Positions 29,098 to 45,710 of a DNA stretch of 64,000 nucleotides are shown in pieces. The translations under genes and the position numbers were made by a program. The notes under the pieces are model-generated. The model searched no databases and was not told the DNA's origin. It saw nothing but the letters and a program-made list of their open reading frames with translations. The DNA comes from Eledone cirrhosa (lineage: Eukaryota). Position 1 is the first letter of the stretch. Every line of letters starts with the position of its first letter. The stretch is taken from assembly GCA_964016885.1 (NCBI GenBank), contig OZ024746.1, forward strand, positions 47,926,001 to 47,990,000, written 5' to 3'.

Positions 29098-29172
29098 CAT
29101 ATATATACATATATACATATATACATATATATATATACATATATATACATATATACATATATATATATATAC

Positions 29173-29209
<37 letters not shown>

Positions 29210-29316
29210 CATATATATATATACATATATACATATACATATATACATATATATATATACATACATATATACATATATATATATATACATATATACATAT
29301 ATATATATATACATAT

Positions 29317-29365
<49 letters not shown>

Positions 29366-29450
29366 CATATACATATATACATATACATATATACATATAT
29401 ATACATATACATATATATATATACATATACATATACACATATACATATAC

Positions 29451-29485
<35 letters not shown>

Positions 29486-29513
29486 CATATATACATATAC
29501 ATATATACATATC

Positions 29514-31154
29514 TACTTAGCTTTTGTCGACTTGGAGAAAGCCTTCGACAGAGTCCCCCGCTCCATTATCTGGTGGGCTCTTAGAAAACTAGGCGTTGAC
29601 GAATGGCTTGTGAGGGCTATACAAGCCATGTATAAAGAAACAGTCAGCAAGGTTAGAATTAACAACGAATATAGTGAAGAGTTTAGCGTAAAAGTTGGCG
29701 TCCATCAGGGCTCTGTTCTCAGTCCACTACTATTTATTATTGCCCTTCAGGCTATAACAGAGGAGTTCAAGACAGGCTGCCCATGGGAACTCCTATACGC
29801 AGACGACCTGACACTCATAGCGGAATCAATGGCCGAGCTAGAGAAGAAATTCCAAACATGGAAGCACGGCCTAGAGTCAAAAGGACTTAAAATTAACCTG
29901 GCTAAGACCAAAGTACTAGTTTGTAGGAAAGAAAACAAGGCGGCGGTCCCTTCTGGGAAATGGTCGTGCTCGGTGTGTAGGAAAGGCGTAGGTAGAAACT
30001 CCATTTTATGTCCTAAATGCAAAGTATGGGTGCATAAAAGATGTAGTGGGATCACAGGTAAGCTAACTAAGAACATAGATTTTACATGTGGCCGGTGCTC
30101 TGGTGCAATAAGTAGCAGCAAGTGCCCACAAACTACTAGCTCTTTCAATTGCGCAGAGGGTTCTATAGAAATAGTGGACAGCTTCCGTTACCTGGGCGAT
30201 AAAATCAGCAGTGGGGGAGGGTGCGCTGAAAGTACTGTAGCTAGAGTCAGAACTGGTTGGAAAAAGTTCAGAGAGCTTATACCACTATTAGCTGCTAAAG
30301 GGTTCTCACTAAAAATGAAAGGCAGGTTGTACGATGCCTGCATACGAACAGCAATGCTGCATGGCAGTGAGACCTGGGCATTGTGTGCAGAGGATATACG
30401 CAGACTAGAGAGGAACAAAGCTTGCATGCTCCGCTGGATGTGTAACAGTAATATACGTGAACGGCAAAGCATAAACGAACTAAGGAAAAAATTAGAGATA
30501 AGAGGGATCAGATGTTGTTTACTCGAGAGAAGGCTACGTTGGTATGGACACGTGATGCGCATGAAAGTCGATAGCTGTATAACAAAGTGCAGGGCAATAA
30601 AGATAGACGGTAGTCACGGAATAGGCAGACCTAGAAAAACCTGGGACGAGCTGATAAACTCCGACATCACACACTTACACCTCTCCAAGACAATGTCACT
30701 GGACCGAGACCTTTGGCGGTACTCAGTAACAGAGAAGACCCGCCTTACCTAAATATATAGTAAAACCTACTCCAGCCAGTAGGCATCTCTAACAAAATAC
30801 ACCCCGTCCCACCACCACCACCCCCACCCGATCCACACCACCCCGTTCTATGTAAAGTTATGTTGGTGCCGCGCCATCGAGGCCGAAACAAATGAGATCG
30901 TGTAGGTGTCACGACAAAAAAACACACAGTCCACGCTGTAATGTGGCCGTGTAGGCAACACGGTAAAAACCTCCCAGACCCACACTGTAAATGTAGTTGG
31001 TGTTAGGAAGGGCATCCAACTGTAGAAAACCTGCCAGACAGTCCTATGCGAGCAAGACAATCACTCTTGCCTCAAGTGGGACTACCCCCGTCCAAACCCA
31101 TGCAAGCGTGGAACACGGACGTTAAACGTTGATGATGATGATGATGATGATGAT
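29514..31154 (+). mobile_element. RTE-clade LINE, 5'-truncated (copy 2), open frame to 30752
   Basis: [28 protein letters not shown], a Cys/His-rich insertion CSVC..C..C..H..C..C..C and RLRWYGHV. It has a (GAT)n tail and microsatellite on both sides. Confidence 0.93.
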
Positions 31155-31424
31155 ATATATACATATATATATATACACATATATATATATACATATACAT
31201 ATATATATATATACATATATATATACATATATATATATATACATATATATACATATATATATATACATATATATATATATACATATATATATATACATAT
31301 ATATATATACATATATATATATATACATATATATATAATTAAGTTAAAGTCAGTCATACAAAAGTGAGTTACAAACGAAACGAAATTTAATTTCGTTTCG
31401 TTATTTGTTTTCATATATATATAC

Positions 31425-31499
<75 letters not shown>

Positions 31500-31542
31500 C
31501 ATATATATATACATATATATATACATATATATATATATATAC

Positions 31543-31580
<38 letters not shown>

Positions 31581-31725
31581 ATATTTCGTTTCTGAATTTG
31601 TTTAGCAAGATTCTTTATCTGAAATCGTGTGTTGAAACCGATATTGTTATTCTTTGGGAGGGTCATGTTGCCAATAAGAAACACACGCACAAAGTATAAC
31701 AATATATATACATATATATAAATGC

Positions 31726-31784
<59 letters not shown>

Positions 31785-32053
31785 GATATATACATATATA
31801 TATATACATACATATAGATATATACATATATATATATACATATATATACATACATATATATATATACATATAGATATATACATACATATATATATACATA
31901 TAGATATATACATACATATATATATACATACATATATACATACATATATATATATACATACATATATACATACATATATATATATACATATATATATATA
32001 TACATATATATATATACATACATATATATATATATATATACATACATATATAT

Positions 32054-32088
<35 letters not shown>

Positions 32089-32121
32089 AGAACAAAAGAT
32101 GGTTAAAAGAGTTCCATGTAT

Positions 32122-32203
32122 TTTATTATGCGCATTTCAAAAACAAATATCATCATGCAATAATTGTGTTTCCATCAGATAAATTGTGTTTTCATCAGAA
32201 AAA
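32122..32203 (-). ncRNA. Candidate type I hammerhead with duplicated core
   Basis: Minus strand reads CUGAUGA-AAACACAAU-UUAU-CUGAUGG-AAACA...UGUUU-uu-GAAA-UGCGCA-UA-AUAAA. Helix III AUGCGCAU is palindromic and stem I is UUUAU/AUAAA. Confidence 0.55.
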
Positions 32204-32353
32204 AACAGGAAGACATGATATGAAGGTTAAAAAACACTTGAGATAGGAGGAGAGATGGGTGATAGAGAGAGAGAGATAGCTTTTATAACTGAGAAAGATA
32301 TATTGTTTTACATAGAGAGGTTGAAAAACCGTTGGAAGATAATGTATGAATTA

Positions 32354-32553
32354 NNNNNNNNNNNNNNNNNNNNNNNNNNNNNNNNNNNNNNNNNNNNNNN
32401 NNNNNNNNNNNNNNNNNNNNNNNNNNNNNNNNNNNNNNNNNNNNNNNNNNNNNNNNNNNNNNNNNNNNNNNNNNNNNNNNNNNNNNNNNNNNNNNNNNNN
32501 NNNNNNNNNNNNNNNNNNNNNNNNNNNNNNNNNNNNNNNNNNNNNNNNNNNNN
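32354..32553. other. Assembly gap (200 N)
   Basis: Run of N. Confidence 1.
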
Positions 32554-33049
32554 ATACACATACATATATATATATACACATACATATATTATTATATACA
32601 CACAGATATATATATGTATATACACATACATATATATATACACACATATATATATATATATACACATACATATATATATACATACATACATATATATATA
32701 CACATACATATATATATATATACATACATATATATATACACATACATATATATATATATATACACATACATATATATATATATATACACATATATATATA
32801 CACATACATATATATATATATACACACATATATATATACACATACATATATATATACACATACATATATATATACATACATATATATATACATACATATA
32901 TATATACATACATATATATATATATATATACATACATATATATATATACATATACATATATATATATATACACATACATATATATATATATACATACATA
33001 TATATATACATACATATATATATATATATATACATACATATATATATAT

Positions 33050-33088
<39 letters not shown>

Positions 33089-33263
33089 CATATATATATA
33101 TACACATACATATATATATACACATACATATATACACATACATATATACACATATATATATATATACACACATATATATACATACATATATATATATATA
33201 CATATATACATATATATATATATACATATACATATACATATATATATACACACATACATATAT

Positions 33264-33302
<39 letters not shown>

Positions 33303-33592
33303 CATATACATATATATATATATACACATACATATATATACACATACATATATATATACATACATATATATATATACATACACATACATATATATACACA
33401 TCCACATACATATATACACATACATATATAGATATATATACACATACATATATATATATACACATACATATATATATACATATATATATATACATACATA
33501 TATATATACATATATATATATATATACATACATATATATATACATACATATATATATACATACATATATATATACATACATACATACATACA

Positions 33593-33626
<34 letters not shown>

Positions 33627-34376
33627 CATATATATATATATACATATATATATATACCTACATATATATATATATACATATATATATATACATACATATA
33701 TATATATACATACATATATATATATATACATACATATATATATATATATACATATATACATATACATACATATACAATATATACATATATATATACATAT
33801 TTATATACATATTTATATACATATACATATATATATACACATACATATATATATATATACACATACATATATATATATATACACATACATATATATATAT
33901 ACACATACATATATATATATATATACACATACATATATATATATACACATACATATATATATATACACATATATATAAATATATACTTACATATATATAT
34001 ACATACATATATATACACATACATATATATATATATACACATACATATATATATATACACATACATATATATATATATATACACATACATATATATATAT
34101 ACACATACATATATATATATACATATATATACATACATATATATATACATATATACATATATATATATACATATACATATACACATACATATATATATAT
34201 ACACATACATATTTATATATATACACACATACATATATATATATACACATACGTATATATATATACACACATACATATATATATATATATATACATACAT
34301 ATACATATATATATATATACACATACATATATATACACATACATATATACACATACATATATATATATATATATAC

Positions 34377-34411
<35 letters not shown>

Positions 34412-34444
34412 TACATATATATATATACATACATATATATATAC

Positions 34445-34477
<33 letters not shown>

Positions 34478-34600
34478 CATATATATATATACATATATAT
34501 ATATATACATATAAATATATATATATACATATACATATATATATATATACATATAAATATATATATATACATATACATATATATATATACATATATATAC

Positions 34601-34635
<35 letters not shown>

Positions 34636-34765
34636 CATTATATATATACATATATATATATATATATACATACATATATATATATATATATACATATATA
34701 CATACATATATATATATATATATATACATATATACATACATATATATATATATATATATACATAT

Positions 34766-34814
<49 letters not shown>

Positions 34815-35113
34815 CATACATATATATATATACACATACATATATATATATACACATACATATATATATACATACATATATATATATATATATACACATA
34901 CATATATATATATATATATACACATACACATATATATATATACACATACATATATATATATATACACATACATATATATATATATACACATACATATATA
35001 TATATATACACACATATATATATATATATATATACACATACATATATATATATACATATATATACATATATATACACATACATATATATATATATGTACA
35101 TATATATACATAC

Positions 35114-35144
<31 letters not shown>

Positions 35145-35415
35145 CATACATATATATATATATACATACATATATATATATACATACATATATATATACA
35201 TACATATATATATACATACATATATATATATATACATACATCATACATATATATATATATACATACATCATACATATATATATATATATACATACATACA
35301 TATATATATATATACATACATATATATATATATATACATACATATATATATATACATACATATATATATATATATACATACATATATATATATATACATA
35401 CATATATATATATAC

Positions 35416-35446
<31 letters not shown>

Positions 35447-35672
35447 CACATACATATATATATATATATATACACGTACATATATATATATATATATACA
35501 CATACATATATATATATACACATACATATATATATATATATACACATACATATATATATATATATATATACACATACATATATACATATATATATATACA
35601 TATACATATATATATATACACATACATATATATATATACACATACATATATATATATATATACACATACATA

Positions 35673-35706
<34 letters not shown>

Positions 35707-35726
35707 CATATATATATATACATATA

Positions 35727-36365
35727 TGGTGGCTGCCAACTCGTTTTCGAGTACGGCCACTACTTTACATCCATGTAGGATAACCCCTACCGAAGCGCTG
35801 AACGAGTGTGACTTTTTAGTCCAGCCAGCGACTTGAAACCTCTGGTACAAACACTACACCTGTGACAATTATTGACACATAGTGCTAGGCCCATGGTAGG
35901 ACAATTATTGACACATAGTGCTGGGCCCATGTGAGGACAAGTGCAGAGAGATCTCCAGATATAAAGCAATGCCTGTGCCGTGAAGCTTTTATAGTGAGCA
36001 AAGGCACTGCACAAAGCCAGTCCCACTCTCTTAACCAAGATGCTATTTACCAAAAAGAAGAACAAGTCAACATCATTGGATACCATCAGGGTTGCAGGTG
36101 TTATATCAGAGTTTTCCTTCTCCTAGAATTCTGCCTTGACTAAGGCTAAAGGGGTCATCTCTCCCGGTGATTTTGGATGGCCATTGACTCTTAAGAGCTC
36201 CTTTGCCCTTTGACAGGTTTTGTTTTTAGTCCTGCAGGATGTCCAAAGTCACCCTCCTCACCAAGAAACCTTGGTGGGGTTGCCAGTTTAGTCGCCAACG
36301 ACCCGACCATGAGACAGGTTGTACTGGGATACATGTTACCAGTAGCACCAACTGGTGACCTGACA
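35727..36365 (-). mobile_element. Non-autonomous RTE-derived element, copy 2 (longest, apparently full length)
   Basis: Minus strand begins TGTCAGGTCACCAG and ends GTTGGCAGCCACCA(TA)n. The 3' part translates [19 protein letters not shown]. It has an internal ~35-bp duplication. Confidence 0.88.
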
Positions 36366-36468
36366 TATACATATATATATATATACATACATACATATAT
36401 ATACACATACATATATATATATATATACACATACATATATATATACATATACACATACATATATATAT

Positions 36469-36531
<63 letters not shown>

Positions 36532-36674
36532 CACATATATATATATATATACATACATATATATATATACACATACATATATATATACACATACATATAT
36601 ATATATACACATATATATATATATATACATACATATATATATATATACATACATATATATATATATATACATAC

Positions 36675-36707
<33 letters not shown>

Positions 36708-36926
36708 CATACATATATATATATATATATACATACATACATATACACACATACATATATATATATATATATACACATACATATATATATATATATACAC
36801 ATACATATATATATATATATACACATACATATATATATATATATATATACACACACATACATATATATATATATACACACATACATACATATATATACAC
36901 ATACATATATATATATATACAAATAC

Positions 36927-36966
<40 letters not shown>

Positions 36967-37134
36967 ACATACATATATATATACATACATATATACATAC
37001 ATATATATATATACATACATATATATATATACATACATATATATATATACATACATATATATATATACATACATATATATATATATATACATACATATAT
37101 ATATATATACATACATATATATATATATACATAC

Positions 37135-37169
<35 letters not shown>

Positions 37170-37388
37170 CATACATATATATATACATACATATATATAT
37201 ACATACATACATATATATATACATACATACATACATATATATATATACATACATACATACATATATATATACACATACATACATACATATATATATACAC
37301 ATATATATATATACACATACATATATATATATACACATACATATATATATATACACATACATATATATATATACATACATATATATAT

Positions 37389-37435
<47 letters not shown>

Positions 37436-37615
37436 CATATATATATATACACATACATATATATACACACATACATATATATATATACACATACATATAT
37501 ATATAGATATACACATACATATATATATACACATACATATATATATACACATACATATATATATACACATACATATACATATATATATATACACATACAT
37601 ATATACACATACATA

Positions 37616-38215
37616 TGGTGGCTGCCAACTCGTTTTCGAGTACGGCCACTACTTTATATCCATATAGGAGAACCCCTACCGATGCGCTGAACGAGTGACT
37701 TTTTAGTCCAGCCAGCGACTTGAAAACTCTGGTACAAACACTACACTTGTGACAAATATTGACACATAGTGCTGGGCCCATGGTACCCTGTGACGACAAG
37801 TGCAGAGAGATCTCCAGATATAAAGCAATGCCTGTGCCGTGAAGCTTTTATAGTGAGCAAATGCACTGCACAAAGCCAGTCCCACTCTCTTAACCAAGAT
37901 GATATTTACCAAAAAGAAGAACAAGTCAACATCATTGGATACCATCAGGGTTGCAGGTGTTATATCAGAGTTTTCCATCTCCTAGAATTCTGCCTTGACA
38001 AAGGCTAAGGGGTCATCTCTCCCGGTGATTTTGGATGGCCATTGACTCTTAAGAGCTCCTTTGCCCTTTGACAGGTTTTGTTTTTAGTCCTGCAGGATGT
38101 CCAAAGTCACCCTCCTCACCAAGAAACCTTGGTGGGGTTGCCAGTTTAGTCGCCAACGACCCCGACCATGGGTCAGGTTGTACTGGGATACATGTTACCA
38201 GTAGCACCAACTGGT
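37616..38215 (-). mobile_element. Non-autonomous RTE-derived element, copy 3
   Basis: Same family and same fixed end. Confidence 0.88.
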
Positions 38216-40244
38216 AACATACATATATATATATATATATGACACATACATATATATATATATATACATACATATATATATATATATATACACATACATA
38301 TATATATATATATACACATACATATATATATATATACACATACATACATATATATATACACATACATATATATATACACATACATATATATATACACATA
38401 CATATATATATATATATACACATACATATATATATATATATATACACATACATATACATACATATATATATATACATACATACATACATATATATATACA
38501 TATATATACATACATATATATATATACATACAATATATATATATACATATATATATACATATATATACATATACATATATATACATATATATACATACAT
38601 ATATATATATACATATATATATATATACATACATAATATATATATACATACATATATATATATACATACATACATATATATATACATATATATATACATA
38701 CATATATATATACATACATATATATATATATATACATACATATATATATACATACATATATATATATACATACATATATACATACATATATATATATACA
38801 TATATATACATACATATATATATATAAACATATATATACATACATATATATATATATACATATATATACATACATATATATATATATATACATATATATA
38901 TACATACATATATATATATATACATACATATATATATATATACATACATATATATATACATACATATATATATATATACATACATATATATATATATACA
39001 TACATACATACATATATATATATACATACATATATATATATACAATATATATATACATATACATATACATATATACATATACATACATATACATACATAT
39101 ATATATATACACATACATATATATACACATACATATATATATATATACACATATATATATATATACACATATATATATATATATACACATACATATATAT
39201 ATATATACACATACATATATATACACACACATATATATATATATATATACACATACATATATATATATATATATATACACATATATATATATATATACAT
39301 ACATATATACATATATATATACATACATATATATATACACACCTACATATATATATATACACACCTACATATATATACACACATACATATATATATATAC
39401 ATATATATATATATACACATACATATATATACACATATATATATATATATATATATATACCCATACATATATATATATACACATACATATATATACACAT
39501 ATATATATATATATATATATACCCATACATATATATATATATACACATACATATATATACACATACATATATATATATTTACATACATATATATATATAT
39601 ATACATACATATATATATATACACATACATATATATATATATACACATACATATATATATATACACATACATATATATATATACACATACATATATATAT
39701 ATATACACATACATATATATACATATACACATACATATATAAATATACACATATATATATATATATACATACATATATATATATATATATACACATACAT
39801 ATATATATATACATACATATATACATACATATATATATATATATATACATACATATATATATATATACACATACATTTATATATATATACATACATATAT
39901 ATATATATATATACATACATATATACACATTCATATATATATATATACACATACATATATATATATACACAACATATATATATATAGACATACATATATA
40001 TAACATACATATATATAAATACACATACATATATATATAATACACATACATATATATATACACATACATATATATATATATACACACATACATATATATA
40101 TACACATACATATATATATATATACACACATACATACATATATATATACACATACATATATATATATATACACATACATATATATATATATACACATACA
40201 TATATATATATATACACATACATATATATATATACACATACATA

Positions 40245-40280
<36 letters not shown>

Positions 40281-40628
40281 CATAATATATATATACATAC
40301 ATACATATATATATACATACATATATATATACATACATATATATATATACATACATACATATATATATACATACATACATACATACATATATATATACAT
40401 ACATACATATATATACATACATACATATATATATACATACATACATATATATATACATACATATATATATATATACATACATATATATATATACATACAT
40501 ATATATACATATATATATATACATACATATATATATACATACATAATATAATATATTATATATACATATATATATATATATATATAATATATACATATAT
40601 ACACATACACATATACATATACATATAT

Positions 40629-40669
<41 letters not shown>

Positions 40670-41387
40670 TAATATATATATACATATACATATATATATA
40701 TACATATACATATATATATATACACATACATATATATATATACACATACATATATATATATACACACATACATATATATATATACACATACATATATATA
40801 TATATACACATACATATATATATATATACACTACATATATATATATATACACATACATATATATATATATACACACATATATATATATATACACATACAT
40901 ATATATATATACACATACATATATATACACATACATATATATATAAATACATATACATATATACATATATATATACATATACATACATATATATATATAC
41001 ATATACATATATATACATACATATATATATATATACACATACATATATATATATACACACATACATATATATATATATACACATACATATATATATATAT
41101 ACACATACATATATATATATATACACATACATATATATATATATACATACATATATATATATATATACTTACATATATATATATATATATACATACAATA
41201 TATATATATACATACATATATATATATATATACCTACATATATATATACACATACATATATATATATATACATACATATATATATATATACATACATATA
41301 TATATATATACATACATACATATATATATACACATATATATATATATACATACATACATATATATATACATATATATATATACATAC

Positions 41388-41450
<63 letters not shown>

Positions 41451-41646
41451 CATATATATATATACATACATATATATATATATACATACATATATATATA
41501 TTACATATATATATATACATACATATATATATACACATACATATATATATACACATACATATATATATATACACATACATATATATATACACATACATAT
41601 ATATATATATACACATACATATATATATACACATACATATATATAT

Positions 41647-41678
<32 letters not shown>

Positions 41679-41797
41679 ACATACATATATATATATATAC
41701 ACATACATATATATATATATATATATACACATACATATATATATATATACACATACACATATATATATATACACATACATATATAATATATACATAC

Positions 41798-41834
<37 letters not shown>

Positions 41835-41887
41835 CATACATATATATATACATACATATATATATATACATACATATATATATATAC

Positions 41888-41918
<31 letters not shown>

Positions 41919-41946
41919 CATATACATACATATATATATATATATA

Positions 41947-44778
41947 TAACTTTGAATAACTTTGAAATGTTTTGGCCAGTATTGGCCCAGGCCATGTCTA
42001 ACTCAACAGCACCACCTGGCGAAGTCTTTCAATTCAGGATTTGGGCACCATGGCCCATTCGAGAAGAGAATTACTGTTTGCGGAGACATATCCGGGTGTG
42101 GGTGGTTTGTCCGGGATTACTTGGAGGAATTTGTCCAAAGACTTCTTGAATTTTGTGTGGTCAGTTTCTGTTTTGACGTGTCCTGGTGTGATGTTGAAGA
42201 GAGCAGGGCCGATTGAGGTGAAATAATTGTGCCGTATTGTTGTTATGAGTTGCGATTTAGATTTTTGAATGGGACGGATAGCACGGGGCCCAAGCCTTGG
42301 GTGTATCTTGAAGGCGATGCCAACATCATTTGGGCAGTGATGATGGAACATTTTCCACATCATGCAGATAATATAACGCTCACGGCGACGTTGGAGTGAG
42401 TAAAGTTTCAGGTTTTCTAATCGACCCCAGTAGTCAAGGTCTGACATGCCATCTATCTTTTTCGTGATTGCCCTTTGAGGAGCTTCAACTTTCATGATAC
42501 TTTGTTTCGTGTGGGGAGACCACAGTGGACAACAGTATTCAAGGTGTGGTCGGGCAAAAGTAGAGAAGAGAAGGATAATGGTGCGGGAATCTCTCGACTG
42601 GAAGGTTCTGAGGATCCAGGAACACATTCTGCGGGCCATGTCAACTTTGCTGCTTATATGCGTGGTGCAGCTTATGTTGCTGTCCACGGTTACTCCCAAG
42701 TCTCTGATGTTGTTAGATGCCACGAGAGTTTCCCCGGAGGGAAGGGAGTACGGGAGTTTCAGAGCATCCTCTTTTCCAAAGTGGATCAGTTCGAATTTGT
42801 CTTCGTTCAGTAACATGTTGTTCTTTTCCGCCCATTGGGTAACAGCCAGTAGGTCTGACTGAAGGCTTACCTTTTGGAGCTTGGAATCATCAGCGAAAAT
42901 TTTAATGTTGCTGTGTTTGATGATGTCAGTGATGTCATTAATATAGATGATGAAGAGAAGTGGGCCCAACACAGTGCCTTGTGGGACCCCACTACTGACT
43001 TTGGCTGGGCTGGATTTGACTCCCTCAACTACAACATGTTGGGTTCTGTTTGACAGGAAGCTCTTGATCCACTGCAGCAGCTTTCCAGTGACACCAATAT
43101 TGGACAGCTTTCTCAGTAGAATGTTATGATCAACCCTGTCAAAGGCCTTGCTGAAATCAAGGTAGATAACATCAGTGTTGGAACCCTCTCCCAAGGCTCT
43201 CAAAATGTCATCAAAGTGATGCAGTAGCTGCGTCAGGCAATCCCTTCCATTACGGAATCCATGCTGGTTGGAGTTCAGCATATTGTTACTCTCAAGGAAG
43301 TGGGTCATTCGCGATCTCACCACTTGCTCAAATACCTTAATGATATGAGAGGTGAGTGAGATTGGACGGTAATTCACGGCAAGGGATTTGTTTCCCTTTT
43401 TGAAAACTGGGACAACAGACTGGGATAGAAGGTTTTCTGGCACATATCCAGCATCCAGTGAGTTCCGCCACAGATTGGCAAGAGGAGATGCAAGTTGGTG
43501 TTGACACGCCTTCAAGACACAAGCAGGGAACCTATCGGGACCTACTGCTGAATTATGCTTGATTTCCTTTATTGCCGCCAAGACATCAGGGGCGCCAAAC
43601 GTTATGTCCGATAAGGTGTAATGGGGAGTAACATCGCCGATACAGCCCAGATCGGCCATATCAGGATTGCTGAAAACAGAGCAGTATTGTTTCTGCAGTA
43701 TCTCACCCATGGTTTTAGCATTGTCTTGAAGAGTGCCATTTTCATCAATTAGAGGGCCAACAGTAGAGCCAGTGATTTTGTGTTTTTTTGCAAATGAAAA
43801 GAACACTTTGGGATTGAGTTTGATCTTCTCAATGGCCCAGGCCTCCTCAGCTCTTCTCTGATTGTTGATGAGGGACATTATGTTGTTTTGGAGGTTATGT
43901 TTTTTAATCTCTAGTGATGAAATGGCAGTTAAGTTGATGTGTTGCTGCTGACAGTATTTCAGCTTGTTGATTTTTTTTGTTCGTTCTCTTAATTTTTCTG
44001 ATGAGCGTTTTTCTATTTCTAGGGATTCTGCTCTTAGATTTGTTTATAGTTCTTAATGGGGTGTGTTTAGCACATATGTTTGTAACAGTGTCCACAAATG
44101 TCTGCCAGGACTTTTTGATGTTAGTGGGTGTATGAGTGTGCGTGAAGGACCAGTCGACATGTGCAAGATCATGACTGATCGCTTCCCAGTTTGCATTGTG
44201 GAAATCCATAGCGTCAAACGGATGGACAGGAGAGATGACATTGGGTTTGTATATTGGATGGTGGAATCTCAGATCACAGAGAACCATGTCATGATCAGAG
44301 AGTAGAGTTTTCTCCACTGCAATATTGTGGATATTGTCAGTGTGATTGCTGAAAATTAAGTCGAGGACGTTTTTGTGGCACCTCGTTGGTTCGAGCACCA
44401 GTTGGGATAGGAAGAAATCATCCATGAAGTCAAGAAGCGATTCCACAGCTTCCCTGTCAGAGGTTGAGGCAGAAGAACCTGGTGGCAGGCTGTTTGTGGA
44501 CCAGTCAACTCCGGGGAGGTTGAAGTCCCCCATCATTAAGATGTTGTCAGGGTGACACTCTTGGATGAAACACTTTATGCTGTTGAGGCATTCCTTGAAG
44601 CATGGTACAGGCGTTTGGGGTGGCCTATAGAGCCCAACTACTAATAGGTCGTTGGTTTGACTGAATACAGTGACTGCCTCACAGTATCCATTAGTGAATA
44701 TGTTCATAGCCTCTGTTGAGAAAGAATTATGGACATAAATGGTAGTTCCGCCCTTTCTTCTGCCAGCGCGATCAGCAC
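41947..44778 (-). mobile_element. CR1-type LINE family A, longest copy (partial APE endonuclease plus RT)
   Basis: APE motifs GGTTIYV, GLYRPP, MGDFNLP, PTR...LDLIF and SDH. A frameshift lies in an A8 run (~43971-43978). The RT ORF 42034-43878 has an 8-codon deletion. It carries the same TTCAAAGTTA tail, with microsatellite on both sides. Confidence 0.93.
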
Positions 44779-45077
44779 ATATATATATACATACATACAT
44801 ATATATATATACATACATATATATATATATACATACATATATATATATATATACATACATATATATATATATATATATACAAACATATATATATATATAT
44901 ATACAAACATATATATATATATACATACATATATATATATATACATACATATATATATATATACATATATATATACATACATATACATACATATATATAT
45001 ATATACATACATATATATATATATACATACATATATATATATATACATACATATATATATATACATACATATATATA

Positions 45078-45113
<36 letters not shown>

Positions 45114-45138
45114 CATACATATATATATACATACATAC

Positions 45139-45169
<31 letters not shown>

Positions 45170-45574
45170 CACATACATATATATATAGATACACATACAT
45201 ATATATATAGATACACATACATATATATATAGATACACATACATATATATATAGATACACATACATATATATATAGATACACATACATATATATATAGAT
45301 ACACATACATATATATATATATACACATACATATATATATATATACACATACATATATATATATATACACATACATATATATATATATACACATACATAT
45401 ATATATATATACACATATATATATATATATACACATACATATATATACACATACATATATATACACATACATATATATATATATACATACATATATATAT
45501 ATATACATACATATATATATATATACATACATATATACATATATACATACATATATATATACATATATATATAC

Positions 45575-45631
<57 letters not shown>

Positions 45632-45646
45632 CATATATATATATAC

Positions 45647-45679
<33 letters not shown>

Positions 45680-45710
45680 CATACATACATACTTATATAC
45701 ATACATATAT

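Noticed and set aside
31374-31402. Short palindrome AACGAAACGAAATTTAATTTCGTTTCGTT
   Set aside because: It is real but short, low-complexity and isolated, and no function can be inferred.
36265-36365. HDV-like ribozyme at the 5' end of the non-autonomous RTE element
   Set aside because: Partial elements exist (GUCAGGU/ACCUGUC, GUA-UCCCAG-UAC, UCG-UUGG-CGA-CUAA), but I could not build P1.1 and P2 in the required order. An Infernal search on the consensus would settle it.
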